A stretch of 64,000 bases of DNA from Octopus vulgaris (lineage: Eukaryota): contig CATOCA020000001.1 in the NCBI GenBank assembly GCA_951406725.2, positions 10,912,001 to 10,976,000 on the forward strand, in the 5' to 3' direction. The position numbers were made by a program, and so were the translations under genes. The notes below the pieces were generated by a model, which saw only the letters and a list, made by a program, of their open reading frames with translations, was not told the DNA's origin and ran no database searches. Within the stretch, counting starts at the first letter, position 1. Each line of letters begins with the position of its first letter. Below, piece after piece: positions 24,063 through 36,790 of this stretch.

Positions 24063-24066
<4 letters not shown>
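23848..24066 (-). mobile_element. Probable Penelope-type terminal fragment in (TA)n
   Basis: Bounded by (TA)n; carries GAAA..GTA and CTGAAGA boxes on the minus strand; strand asymmetry similar to the other short HHR elements. Confidence 0.35.
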
Positions 24067-24107
<41 letters not shown>

Positions 24108-25291
24108 GTATATATGTATGTGTGTATATATATATATATCAGCATCATCTTGTGTGTGTGTGTGTGTGTGTAGGCAGTTGATTGGTAGAGAGTAGTTAGA
24201 ACATCAGATAGAGTGCTTTGTATTAATAGTAATCCTTGTAGCTTTCTGCATTCTGCCTTTCATCCTTTGCTTCAAATCTTTGTATTGGTGTGTATTGCAA
24301 GACGCAGCTAGGTTTCTTTTGCAAACATTTTACCTAATGTGTGACAATCAAAATAGGAAGTTTGAATGAAGTATCTATAAAACAAGTTTTTAAACATCAA
24401 ATGGTTGTGGGAGTCCACCAGAATAAAATAGTAATCAAAGGGGTCCATAGATAAAAAATGGTTGAGAACCCTTGATCTATAGAAACCACACCGAAGCTGA
24501 CATTGGAGATTAACACCGCCCTGTGATTCACCAGATCTTGTCAAGCCATCCATTCCATATCAACATGGAAAATTGACATTAGATAATTATAATGATGATG
24601 ATGTCAATGCCATCTGCACCACCTATGCTGCTGACGCCACCAATGTTAACAATATTGAACAGGGGCTGAAATGCTGTTGTAAATTCCATACCCTTTGTAA
24701 AAGTAGCTCGGATGTGATTGTGGGATGTAAGAAAATGACAGACATTGATAAAAGTGCTCCAAGTATGAGATTCACTTGATTGGCATTGGTGTAAATTAAC
24801 CAATCAAATATATTGAAAATAGGAGCTCATTGGAGCCTATTTTGGAGACAGTGAATTTATATTAAGTCTAGTTTACTGCTCCCACATTTAGAGTTTGACA
24901 ACCTCATCTGGCTGACAATTCCAGCAAGCATGCTTCAAGACACCTCTTGATTCTCTCTCATTCTCACCTCTTCTTTCTCATATACACATTTTCTTACATT
25001 GTACATACTTTTTTTTCTCAATTATAAAAACTATACAAGGACTTTTCATATATATTTTCCCCAGCTGAATTTTCAATGTTTTCTGCATCTCCTGAATACT
25101 GAACTCTGACCAGCTGAATATTATAGCTTAATGTTAATAACATCTATATAAAACAAAGTTTTGTTTTTCGCAAGCAAATTAATACAGTTCATGCACTTTT
25201 GGTTACTTTTCTGAGGAGTTGTAGTGCACCTGAGCACTGTATACAATAAGTTCATTATAATTTAGGTTTTTCTTTTTACCTTTATTTTTCA

Positions 25292-25389
25292 GCATGACTG
25301 TGTGGTTTAGGAGCCCACTTTGCAACCATGAGGTTTTGAGTTCGGACCCACTGTGCAGCACCTTGGGCAGATGTTTTCTGCTACAGCTA
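25292..25389 (+). mobile_element. Old SINE family A head, split by the RTE insertion (remainder ~28437-28680)
   Basis: gcatgactgtgtggtt..gagttcggacccactgtgcagcaccttgggcagatgttttctgctacagc; body resumes after the RTE tail (attttggttgacagaaactaagtggaagccc). Confidence 0.7.
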
Positions 25390-25402
25390 AGTTTTCTGCC
25401 TT

Positions 25403-28400
25403 TGGAGGCTATGGCTATGGCTCCCGCAACGAGGAGGGAACCAGGCTGCTGGAGTTCTGCGATGCAAATAATCTTATGATTTGCAACACTAACTTCAGGA
25501 AACCTACAAGCCACCTAGTCACTTACCGATCGGGCCAACATACCAGCCAAATTGACTACATCCTTGCAAGGCAAAGGGAGAGATGGCTTCTTATAAATGC
25601 CAAAACCTTCCCAGGCGAAGAATGTACCCCACAACATAGACTGGTAGTTAGTGACTTTAGGATCAGGACTAGGAGGACAACCAGAAAACGACCAATATGG
25701 AGAAGAAGGATTTGGAAGCTTAAAGATCCTGCAAATGGACAGAGATTTAGGGACATATTACTTGAAGCCTTTGACGAAGTAGAAGGGGATAGAGCATCAC
25801 AGGGGGTAGAAGACAACTAGACGTTTCTAAGGGACAACCTGCAGAGAGCCACTGACCAGATCTGTGGCTGGTGCAAAAGTCCCCTCTCGACCTAGAATAA
25901 CGTGGTGGTGGAACAATATTGTAGACAGGGCTATTAGAGAAAAGAGACAGGCTTGGAAGGTCTGGAAAAATGGGGGTAGCAGGGAATTGTATCAGACTGC
26001 CAAAAGAGAAGCTAGGAGACAGGTTTATTTAGCCAGAGGGGAAGCAGATAAGAAAAAAATTGCCAATGTTCTGCACCGTGAGGACAAAAGACTGGAGGTG
26101 TTTCGCGTTGCAAGACAGTGTGTGAGAGAGAATCGTGATGTGGTAGGAGAGAAGTGTGTTCGCATGGAAGATGGTTCACTTGCGCTAAATGAGGATGCAA
26201 AGAGAGAGGTTTGAAAACGCCACTATGAAAGGTTGCTGAATAAAGAAAATGAATGGGATAAAGAGAGTCTGCCAAATGTTGACCCAACAGAGGGACCAGC
26301 TATCCGAGTTGATAGTTCCGTGGTAGCTAAGGCAATTAGAAGCATGAAGACAGGGAAAGCCCCAGGCCCATCAGGAATCACTGCAGAGATGCTCAAAATG
26401 TCTGGTAGTGTCGGCTATAGCCTAGTCACCCGTATAGTTAATCAGGTAATACACAAAGGAGTCATACCCAATGACTGGTGTTGCAGCATAATAGTCAACT
26501 GCTACAAAGGTAAAGGTGACGCCCTAGATACAAATAACTACAGAGGTATCAAGGTGTTGGATCAGGTGATGAAGGTTACGGAGAGGGTCATAGCCCAACT
26601 AATTAGAGAGAGAGTTAGTTTAGATGAGATGCAGTTTGATTTTGTGCCAGGGAAAAGTACCACTGATGCTATATTCCTGGTAAGGCAGCTGCAGGAGAAA
26701 TACCTGGCCAAAGATAAGCCCCTGTACCTGGCTTTTGTTGACATGGAAAAAGCCTTCGACAGGGTCCCCCAATCCCTTATCTGGTGGTCAATGAGGAAAC
26801 TAGGGATAGATGAATAGTTAGTGAGAGCTGTGCGGGCCATGTATAGGGACGCTGCTAGTAAGGTGAGGGTTGGAAACGAGTACAGTGAAGAATTCCGGGT
26901 AGAGGTAGGGGTCCACCAAGGCTCAGTCCTCAGCCCCCTCCTATTTATCATAGTCCTCCAGGCAATAACGGAGGAATTCAAGACAGGATGCCCCTGGGAG
27001 CTCCTCTATGCTGATGACCTTGCTCTAATTGCTGAGTCGCTATCAGAATTGGAGGAGAAGTTTCAGGTGTGGAAACAAGGATTAGAATCGAAGGGCCTCA
27101 GAGTCAATCTAGCTAAAACCAAAGTCGTAATCAGTAGGAAGGTAGACAAATCACAAACGCCTTCAGGTAGATGGCCCTGCTCGATCTGTAGAAAAGGTGT
27201 AGGTAGAAACTCTATAAGATGCACCAAGTGTAAGCTATGGACACATAAGAGGTGCAGCAATGTCAAAGGAAGGCTAACTAGGAAGATGGTTTTTGTATGT
27301 GGCAGATGCTCAGGAACAATAAACACTGAAAATGCTCTGAGACCAACTTCCGTCACTTTCCAGGGAGAAAAACTAGAAATAGTTGATAGTTTCCGTTACC
27401 TAGGTGACCAAGTCAGCAGCGGGGTTGGGTGTGCTGAAAGTTTAACTGCTAGAGTAAGAATAGCTTGGGCAAAGTTCAGAGAGCTCTTACCTCTGCTGGT
27501 GACAAAAGGCCTCTCGCACAGAGTGAAAGGCAGACTGTATGATGCGTGTGTACGAACAGCCATGCTACATGGCAGTGAAACATGGGCCGTGACTGCTGAG
27601 GATATGCGTAAGCTCGCAAGAAATGAAGCCAGTATGCTCCGATGGATGTGTAATGTCAGTGTTCATACTCGGCAGAGTGTAAGTACCTTGAGAGAAAACC
27701 TGGACCTAAGAAGCATCAGTTGTGGTGTGCAAGAGAGACGTTTGTGCTGGTATGGTCATGTGGCGAGAATGGATGAAGATAGTTGTGTGAAAAGTGCCAC
27801 ACCCTAGCGGTTGAGGGAACCTGCGGAAGAGGCAGACCCAGTAAAACCTGGGACGAGGTGGTGAAGCACGACCTTCGAACTTTAGGTCTCACTGAGGAAA
27901 TGACTAGAGACCGAGACCTCTGGAAGTATGCTGTGCGCGAGAAGACCCGGCAGGACAAGTGAGTTCATAACCCGTGGCCTTCTACATGGGATGGAGCCAG
28001 CCTACGTATGCATACCTTCCCTTCTTGGGACACAAAACTCTACTTGTGAAGACCTGTTGAGGCAAGTGAGGATCAGAATCGAAATCGATCAATGGAAATT
28101 GCAGATGTGTTACCAGTGCCGGTGGCATGTAAGAGAACCTTCCGTTTCGCGACCGTTGCCAGCGCCGCCCCGACTGGCCTCCGTGCCGGTGGCACATAAA
28201 AAGCACCATCCGTTCATGGCCGTATGCCAGCTCTGTCTGGTACCTGTGCGGGTGGCACGTAAAAAGCACCCACTACACTCATGGAGTGGTTGGCGTTAGG
28301 AAGGGCATCCAGCCGTAGAAACACTGCCAGATTTGACTGGGCCTGATGAAGCCTTCTGGCTTCACAGACCCCAGTAGAACCGTCCAACCCATGCTAGCAT

Positions 28401-28436
28401 GGAAAAACGGACGCTAAACGATGATGATGATGATGA
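25403..28436 (+). mobile_element. RTE-clade LINE (PHD-RT family), 5'-truncated within the AP endonuclease (APE) domain, inactive
   Basis: APE C-terminus (RNEEGTRLLEFC, SQIDYIL, QHRLV), RT motifs, PHD at 27178-27309, 3'UTR and (GAT)n; stops at 25818, 26212, 26815; frameshifts near 25877 and 27792. Confidence 0.96.
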
Positions 28437-28704
28437 AGAATTTTGGTTGACAGAAACTAAGTGGAAGCCCATAATGTGTGTGTGTGTGTATACATATGTG
28501 AATGTGAATGTATGTGTGTATCTTCATTTTAGAGTTTTTCCTTCACTACCGCTTGTCAACCAGTGTTGGCTTTTTTTATGTCCCTGGAACTTAGTGATTC
28601 AGCAAAAAAGACTGATAGCATATGAACCAGACTTAAAAACAAGCACTAAAATCAATTTGTATAATCAAATCCTTCAAGGCAATCAAACAAAAAGTAAAGT
28701 TACC

Positions 28705-28935
28705 TTCTGAGTCATGTCAACTCATAAGGGCTGGTTTTTCAGTTTCCATGGCATATAAATACCCCCACATGGACAGGACGCTGTTCAAGCACAGGATTAC
28801 TTGTTTTTACCATCTGACTGGATCGAAGCAATGTGAAATGAAGTGTTTTGCTCAAGAACACGACATGTCGCTTGGTCCAGGAATCAAAACTACAATCCTA
28901 TGATCATTACTTCAACATTGTAACCACTAAGCCTC
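28705..28935 (-). mobile_element. Degenerate tRNA-headed CORE-like SINE
   Basis: Minus strand ggcttagtggttaca..ttttgattcctggacc..gtgttcttgagcaaaacacttcatttcacattgct. Confidence 0.55.
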
Positions 28936-29265
28936 CAGCATGGCTACAGTCCAGTGACTAAAATAAGTAAGAGATAAAACAGAGTTGCTCAACTGGTGAG
29001 ATTAAGCTGCTGAATAATTGAACCAGTGTACAAGTTTATGAGTTCAAGTCATAGGCATTCATTATGTTGTGAACTCCAAAGGAAAGAACTGTTATGTAGC
29101 TTGCTTCAGTAACACCAGGAAAGAAGTTAGAACCAGTAGTAGGAGTGGATCATCTAAGATTTTGTTGTTAGAATTTACATGTAATAAATTGGTTATGCAT
29201 CTACAATCCATAAACTATATTAACAACCCTTTTTTTTATACAATTCCTAATAATATTTCATTATT

Positions 29266-29911
29266 TAAGGTGGCGAGTTGACAAAATTATTAGCATAGAC
29301 AAAATTGTTACCATGCAGGAGTGGCTGTGTGGTAAGTAGCTTGTTTACCAACCACATAGTTCCGGGTTCAGTCCCACTGCGTGGCACCTTGGGCAAGTGT
29401 CTTCTACTATAGCCTCGGGCCGACCAAAGCCTTGTGAGTGGATTTGGTAGATGGAAACTGAAAAGAAACTTGTTGTATATATGTATATATGTATATATGC
29501 ATGTGTGTGTTTGTGTGTCTGTGTTTGTCCCCCTAGCATTGCTTGACAACCAATGCTGGTATGTTTAGGTCCCCGTTACTTAGCGGTTCGGCAAAAGAGA
29601 CCGATAGAATAAGTACTGGGCTTACAAAAGGAATAAGTCCCGAGGTCGAGTTGCTCGATTAAAGGCGGTGCTCCAGCATGGCCGCAGTCAAATGACTGAA
29701 ACAAGTAAGAGAGTAAGAGAGTATACTGATTGAAATGCTTTGTGGTGTTTCTTCCATTTTCACATTCTGAGTTCAAATTTTCCCAAGGTCGACTTTACCT
29801 TTTATCCTTTCAGGGTCGATAAAATAAGTACCAGTTGAGTACTGGAGCTAATGTAATTGACTTAACCTCACCCCTGAAATTACTGGCCTTGTGCCAAAAT
29901 TTGAAATCAAT
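29266..29911 (+). mobile_element. SINE family B interrupted by a family A SINE
   Basis: Head aaggtggcgagttgacaaaa at 29266; body ctgagttcaaatt..ggtcgactttaccttttatcctttcagggtcgataaaataagtacc resumes after 29725. Confidence 0.75.
29314..29721 (+). mobile_element. SINE family A, full length
   Basis: Homologous to 1459-1880. Confidence 0.9.
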
Positions 29912-29948
29912 AATATTTAATTATAAAAATATAATAGGATTTTTTTAA

Positions 29949-30168
29949 CCCTTTAGCTTTCAGATTACCCTGTCAAATATAGTGCTTACATATTCACATC
30001 ACTTTAAATTAATCATGCATTATTTCATAGCTTTGAGATTTTGATGATGTGATTGTTTATTTGCAAAATGACCCTGTAGGATAAGTGTAAAAGGCCAAAT
30101 CTGGCCAGTCTGAGCATAAAACAGATTGAGTATTTGGACTGGATGTGGCAAGTTTAAATGCTAAAGAG
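29949..30168. mobile_element. piggyBac-like MITE (second family)
   Basis: TTAA-CCCTTTAGC ... GCTAAAGAG-TTAA. Confidence 0.75.
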
Positions 30169-30668
30169 TTAAACATTGAATGGCTTCAAGGGTCCACCCA
30201 AGTGATGTAGGAATCAAAGAAGTCCTCAGGTCAAAGAAATGGTCAAGAACTGCAGATTTAGATCATGACAACTGTCCAATCTATACCAGCATGGATAAAA
30301 AATATACGGCTGCAAGAATGATGGAGATGGTGAAACATACCACCACTGTCATCTCATAGTTGAGTGGTAGGAAAGACAATTCTTTATGTTTTTCAGTAAT
30401 AATTATACAGGGCCGTCAGCAGTTTGGAAATAAAAGGAAAGAAAAACAAGTAAAACAGATGTGAAGAAAATTATTTAAAAAAGAAAAAAAAACTGAATGA
30501 AAAATTAATCGAAAGCTAAGAACTTGATCTTCTTTGATTATTATACCAAGAATTGTCTAGTTTGGTTCGTAAGTTCCGTAATATTGACAAATACATGTTC
30601 AATATTTGACACATGATCAATATTTGCTGTAAATTCAATGCCTTAGAAATAAAATGAAATACGACATA

Positions 30669-31078
30669 CTCTTACTCTTTACTCCTTTACTTGTTTCAGT
30701 CATTTGACTGCGGCCATGCTGGAGCACCGCCTTTAGTCGAGCAACTTGACCCCGGAACTTATTCTTTGTAAGCCCAGTACTTATTCTATCGGTCTCTTTT
30801 GCCGAACCACTAAGTAACGGGGACATAAACACACCAGCATCGGTTGTCAAGCAATGCTACGGGAACAAACACAGACACACAAACACACACACGCATATAT
30901 ATATATACATATATACGACAGGCTTCTTTCAGTTTCTGTCTACCAAATCCATTCACAAGGCTTTGGTCGGCCCGAGGCTATAGCAGAAGACACTTGCCCA
31001 AGATGCCACGCAGTGGGACTGAACCCGGAACCATGTGGTTGGTAAGCAAGTTGCTTACCACACAGCCACTCCTGCGCC
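30669..31078 (-). mobile_element. SINE family A, full length with TSD
   Basis: Reverse complement of family A; GACATA direct repeat on both sides. Confidence 0.92.
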
Positions 31079-31459
31079 GACATATCAAATGAAAATAAAA
31101 TAATGAAATAAAAGAGGCAAAAACGGGGAAAAACATACTTAAGTTCAAGCTGAGAATTTGTGCAGAATAAATAGACTTCACAGAATATATCTTTAATTGG
31201 AAAGAAATTGAAGGTTTATTGTCGGTAAGAGACAGAATTGTTTACGACATAGCTTTCTTATTCACCTCTGGCTCATAGCATTAAAAGAAAAAATGTGTGA
31301 CTAACATTGAGGATCTCAGAGCAAATCTTTTGGAAACCGTTTTTTTTAAACTTATTTTATTTTTGCTTTACACTTTCTTGTTTCCTTTTCTCACTATTTT
31401 CTTTTTTTCAAAAATATCAAAAATTTCAAGACTTCAAAACAAGAATAAATACATACATA

Positions 31460-32223
31460 CATCATCATCATCGTTTAACGTCCGCTTTCCATGCTAGCAT
31501 GGGTTGGACGGTTCAACTGGGGTCTGTGAAGCCAGAAGGCTGCATCAGGCCCAGTCTGATCTGGCAGAGTTTCTACGGCTGGATGCCCTTCCTAACGCCA
31601 ACCACTCGGAGAGTGTAGTGGGTGATTTTATGTGCCACCGACACAGGTGCCAGACGAGGCTGGCGAACGGCCACGATTGGATGGTGTTTGTTACGTGCCC
31701 ACAGCACGGAGGCCAGTCGATGCGGTACTGGCTACGGCCACGTTCAGATGGTTTTCTTATGTGCCACAAGGATACAAATTCCATTGATGTTCATCTATTT
31801 TGATTTGGTTTGATTTTGATTTTCACTAGCCTCAACAGGTCTTCACAAGTGTCCCAAGAAGGAAGGTATGCACAGGTGGACTGACTACATCCCAGGTAGG
31901 GGCCACGGGTTATGGCCTCACTAGTCTTGCCGGGTCTTCTCACGCATAGCATACTTCCATAGGTCTCGGTCTCTAGTCATTTCCTTAGTGAGACCTAAAG
32001 TTCGAAGGTCGTGCTTCACCACCTCGTCCCAGGTTTTCCTGGGTCTACCTCTTCCACAGGTTCCCTCAACTGCTAGGGTGTACCATTTTTGCACACAACT
32101 ATCTTCATCCATTCTCATCACATGACCATACCAGCGCAAATGTCTCTCTTGCACACCACAACTGATGCTTCTTAAGTTCAACTTTTCTCTCAAGGTACTT
32201 ACACTCTGTCGATTATGAACACT
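31460..32223 (-). mobile_element. RTE (PHD-RT family) 3' fragment
   Basis: ORF 31921-32193 (WYGHVMRM..GRGRPRKTWDEVV), 3'UTR and (GAT)n tail. Confidence 0.93.
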
Positions 32224-33269
32224 ACATGTGTATATATATATATATTTAAATTTTAATATTTTTTCATAAAATTTTTTTTTGATGATAGCTTCTTAGTTGG
32301 TTTCTTTTGATGTTTTTTTATTCGAAAATACATTTTTATTCTTTCAATCATCATTTTTTTTTTCAAAAATAAATAAGGAAATACTCAAACCAAATATTTG
32401 ACAGAAATATTCTCTCTACAACAACTAACATTACATTGATACTTGTTAATTTTGTTGTTGTTAATATTAATTAATAGCATTATATTATTGCTATTAGTAA
32501 TTATATTATTAGTAATAGCATTATATTATTGGATTGACAAAATTGTCAGAGCATGAAACAAAAATGTCTTACAGCATTTGAAATGGCACTTTATGTCCTG
32601 AGTTCAAATGCTACCAAAGCCAACATTACCTTTCATCCCTCCAGGATCAATAAAATAAAGTAGATTTAATTAAAACCCACTCCTCCAGAGAGTTAGGGTT
32701 AGGGCAGTGGAAGAAAAAGAAAATCACCTGTGATATTTGTTTTGGTTCTTGATATTCTGAATTCAACTGTGCCCCTCCCCTCAAAATTGTTAGTCATGTA
32801 CCTGAACTAGAAACGGTTATTGTTGTTGCTGTTGTGATTATTATTAGAGGAATTAAGAGGCAAAATCATTAAGGTACATAAATACCTACTTTGCAATATT
32901 TAGTTATGTATCCTAATGTCCTGAGTTCAAATCCTGTTGGATTCAACTTTACCTTTAATCCCTTTGAGGTAAAATAAAGTAAAGTTCAAATCAAGTTGTA
33001 CTGGAGGTAATTTATCCACTCTAAAATTTGATACCATATCCCCATGGCAGTAACCAGTCTGAATTCAAATACTGCGCAGATTGGCTTCATCTTTCCTAGG
33101 TCGATAAAACAGTCTTGAAGTACTTATATCATATATATATATATATATGTATATATAATTAATATTACGGAAGTTATTTCCGAGTCCACAGGGGAGAGAA
33201 GTTCAATTTAGTGGTACTAAAATGAATTACTCACTGTATTATATACATATAAATAGACAGAATCACCCT

Positions 33270-33647
33270 CAAGCAAAAATCAAAATCGAAATCGAAATCG
33301 ATCAACATCAATGGAAATTGTAGCTGTGATACCAGTGCCGGTGGCACGTAAGTGAACCATCCGATTGTGACCGTTGCCAGCCTCGCCTGGACCCTGTTCC
33401 GGTGGCACGTAAAACACACCATCTGACCATGGCCGTTTGCCAGCCTCGTCTGGCACCTGTGCCGGTGGCATGTAAAAAGCACCCACTACACTCACAGAGT
33501 GGTTGGCGTTAGGAAGGGCATCCAGCCGTAGAAACATTGCCAGATAAGACTGGGTCTGGTGCAGCCTTCTGGCTTCCCAGACCCCAGTTGAACCGTCCAA
33601 CCCATGCTAGCATGGAAGGCGGACGCTAAATGATGATGATGATGATG
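33270..33647 (+). mobile_element. RTE 3'UTR-only insertion
   Basis: Three hairpin units, conserved 3' end and (GAT)n; no coding sequence. Confidence 0.88.
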
Positions 33648-33725
33648 TACATATAGGACTAAATATTAAAATTATCAAAATTAATACCTTCAATTCTTAT
33701 TACAAATCATATACTTTACATTATC

Positions 33726-33828
33726 TAGACTACATGCGTTTCATGACAACATATTCCTCGATATTGTTGAAATAGAATGTCTATACAATACCATATTAAA
33801 AAGATTATATTTCCAATCTTCAGGTCTA
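33726..33828 (-). ncRNA. Type I hammerhead ribozyme motif with long stem II
   Basis: TAGAC-CTGAAGA-[ttggaaatata...tatgttgtcat]-GAAA-CGCATG-TA-GTCTA: perfect 5-bp stem I, both core boxes, GUA cleavage triplet. Confidence 0.7.
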
Positions 33829-35148
33829 TCTAATATGAACTTATTTTGCTATTTACATCGTATATTAAGACATGAGGAACTAAAATTATATAACTAGAAG
33901 TTGTTGGAATAATTTTACTTTAGTAAATAATGAACAGAAATGTGGAATAAAAGTAGGAAAAAGAAATGCTAACTTATATGAATGGTAATTTTCTCTCCAT
34001 GAATTAAACATGGCTACCAGCAATTGTATAATCCAACATTGAGAGCTACATTGTAGGGGAGATAATTCTTATTAACATTTAAAAGTTCTTAAATTTTCTA
34101 TTATTTATAATAATAATAAATCAAGAGAAACCAGAAGTGTATGATGGGAATAGTCTAATTTTTTTCCTGGTTAATTTGATTTATTTTTATATTAACTTTG
34201 ATAAATAATAAATTTCTAGGTTGGTAAACAGGTAAACTAAATTACTCAACATATAATTTTAGAATATTTTAAAATATTTTGAAATAAGTAAAAGTCAGTA
34301 AAATTAGTAAAAATCAGTAAAAATATAATTTTTTATTATTTTTATAATTATAATACAATTAATATATATTGATTATACTATTATTCTTAAATTTGAGTTT
34401 CTAAATTGAGATTAAAAGTTTCAAATAATACCATCAAATATTATACTATAGATTTTTATTAAGAAACTAAAATATCTGAAATTAGAAGTTAATTTAGTAT
34501 TATCTGACATATATATATAAATAATTAGTTATACTAAATAATAAAATATGATTATACATTATATCTAATTATTATGATTAAATTTTATTTGATTTAAAAT
34601 TAGGGTTTTATTTATTTTCTAAAGAATCAAGCGTTATCTCATATTATTAAATAGGCAATTCAGTTTATGTTTACATTTATTTTTCATTCATCCTGGGTGT
34701 TGATTGGTGTTATTTTAGCTTTTAATATTTCCATAAATTTGAGTGTACACAGAAGACAGAATTCCTTATCTATTCTATATGATTTCGTTTTACATATTAT
34801 TTCCCATTTTAATTTATACTTTATATCTTTAGTTTTTAATTCCCATATATATTTACTTAAGCCTGTCCAGTTCATCAATTTTTTTTTCTTAAAAGAGTAC
34901 AAATCTGAGCCACCCTTTGTTTAATTTTATTTGATGTCGATCCAATGTAAGTCACATTTTGATTTTCATTATTATTATTATTATTATTATTATCATTTAC
35001 TTTTAATCTGCATGTTTGATGCAATCACTTGCCGGGGCACACTCAGCGCCCTAGGGCAAGTGAAGGTTAAGAGTTGTTGAAATATAGCTGAAAGCTTGGG
35101 GAGGGGAAGTAGAGAAATATCTCCATGTAATACAACACATTATTATTA

Positions 35149-35221
<73 letters not shown>

Positions 35222-36444
35222 CACCATTATCACTACCACTACTATCTACATTTAAGGCTACCACACATTTATTTACTACTTCACTTAAGTTACATTTATT
35301 ATTAAATTTACATTACATTAATAAATTAAATGGACTAAGTGCGTTTTAAGTGGCACAAGTACAGGCCAGGTTAGTTTGGCATGGTTTTTACTGCTGGATG
35401 CCCTTCCAAATGCCAGTCAGTTTACAGTGTGGATTGGATGCTTTTCGAGTGACCCGAGCACTGGCAGGGTCACCAAATAACTTGCAGGACAAAGATCTTT
35501 TGAGAGTGGAAGGGGATTTGGAAGAGGTGATCTTGTGTCAGATGAGGAAAGGTTAGAGTGAGACAGAGAGACAGAAACAGGTATCTTACTGTAGGGGAGA
35601 TACATGGTCTTAGAAATCACAATCATATCTCATTTTTGAGAAAGCAGGGAGTAAGGGGGAGATAAAATATCATTCCTTCTCCCGTTGAGTCAAAAGACAA
35701 ATTTCTTTCTAACTTTGACTTCTGCTTAATATAAACAACAACAACTAGTTTTACAACAACAACAACAGCTTCAGAAGCTGCATCTGTAGAAATAATAATA
35801 ATGGTGTCAATGATGATGACTGGGATTGGGGAGGGGGAGTAGTGGCAGTTGTGGTTGTTTCGATGGTAATTGTAGGGATGTGTGGTTAAGGTGGTTGTAG
35901 TGGAAGAGCTTGGGATGGCAAAGTCGGTGAGCGGTGGTGGGGCTGGTGGATGGGGGGGGATGGCAGTCAGAGATGATAGTAATATAGAGTGTAATTCACC
36001 TTTGAAATGTTAAACAAGCTTCATTAGAGGATCATTAACTCATGGGAGGAGACAGCAAAGAATGGTAAGGGTTGTGGAGGGATTTGAATCTTTCAGTTAT
36101 TTTCTTCTGATGAATCTGATGTTGTTAATAAATATATGTGTATATGTGTGTATATGTATTTATGCACAAATGTCAGTAAATATATGTATTAGTATGTGTG
36201 TGTGTGTGTGAGAATATATATGTGTGTTGATGTATACATGTGTGCATGTGTGTGCGTATGTACATGTATGGATGTGTGTGTGTGTGTGTTGATATATACA
36301 TGTGTATACATGTGTGTGTATGTATGTATACATGTGTGCATGTGTGTGTGTGCATGTGTGTGTATGTATGTGCGTGTGTGTGTGTGCATGTGTGTGTGTG
36401 TGTGCACGTGTGTGTGTGTGCACGTGTGTGTGTGTGTGTGTGTG

Positions 36445-36790
36445 TTAGGAGATATGATGTCTTTGAGGAAAAGCAAATGAAGCTTACTGCTCTGAAGTGT
36501 TGACTCCATGAGTGGGACCCAAATGCAGAACCTACAAAACCACCAGGTATTGAAGTGCAATGTGTGTGGAGGATTCCTTTTCTCAAGAGCTAGGTTTGTC
36601 AACCATCTAAAGCCAGATGAGCCTGGGAGAAATTGAGCTGCTTGCGGAATGGTTCTACCATCATGCACACCACAGTATCTTTGCACTGAAAAGAGAAATA
36701 AGTGTCACATCTATGGATGTTCTTGCACAACGAAAGCTGGGTTCAAACTCCACCTGTGTGCAATGTTCAATGAAGAAGTGGCACTCTTCA
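36445..36790 (+). pseudogene. Decayed LINE (RTE-like) C-terminus with two C2H2-like fingers
   Basis: FEEKQ.., then CNVCGGFLFSRARFVNHLK and CHIYGCSCTTKAGFKLHL; resembles the end of ORF 58511-58867. Confidence 0.5.

Larger units (their letters stand above)
33155..34905 (-). mobile_element. Penelope-like element 3' part (GIY-YIG C-terminus, AT-rich UTR, HHR), interrupted by an RTE tail
   Basis: ORF 34684-34902 TGLSKYIWELK..IKYKLKWEII....Y.....CLLC.LK..EI matches the C-terminus of Penelope GIY-YIG endonucleases; HHR motif downstream; ends in (TA)n near 33155. Confidence 0.78.

Noticed and set aside
24573-24803. Short ORFs on both strands as a host exon
   Set aside because: No recognisable motif or clear splice signals; begins in a decayed RTE tail.
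33850-34680. Extremely AT-rich stretch as a mitochondrial insertion
   Set aside because: No mitochondrial gene, tRNA or rRNA motif recognised; it lies between a Penelope GIY-YIG remnant and its HHR, so it is better explained as element UTR.
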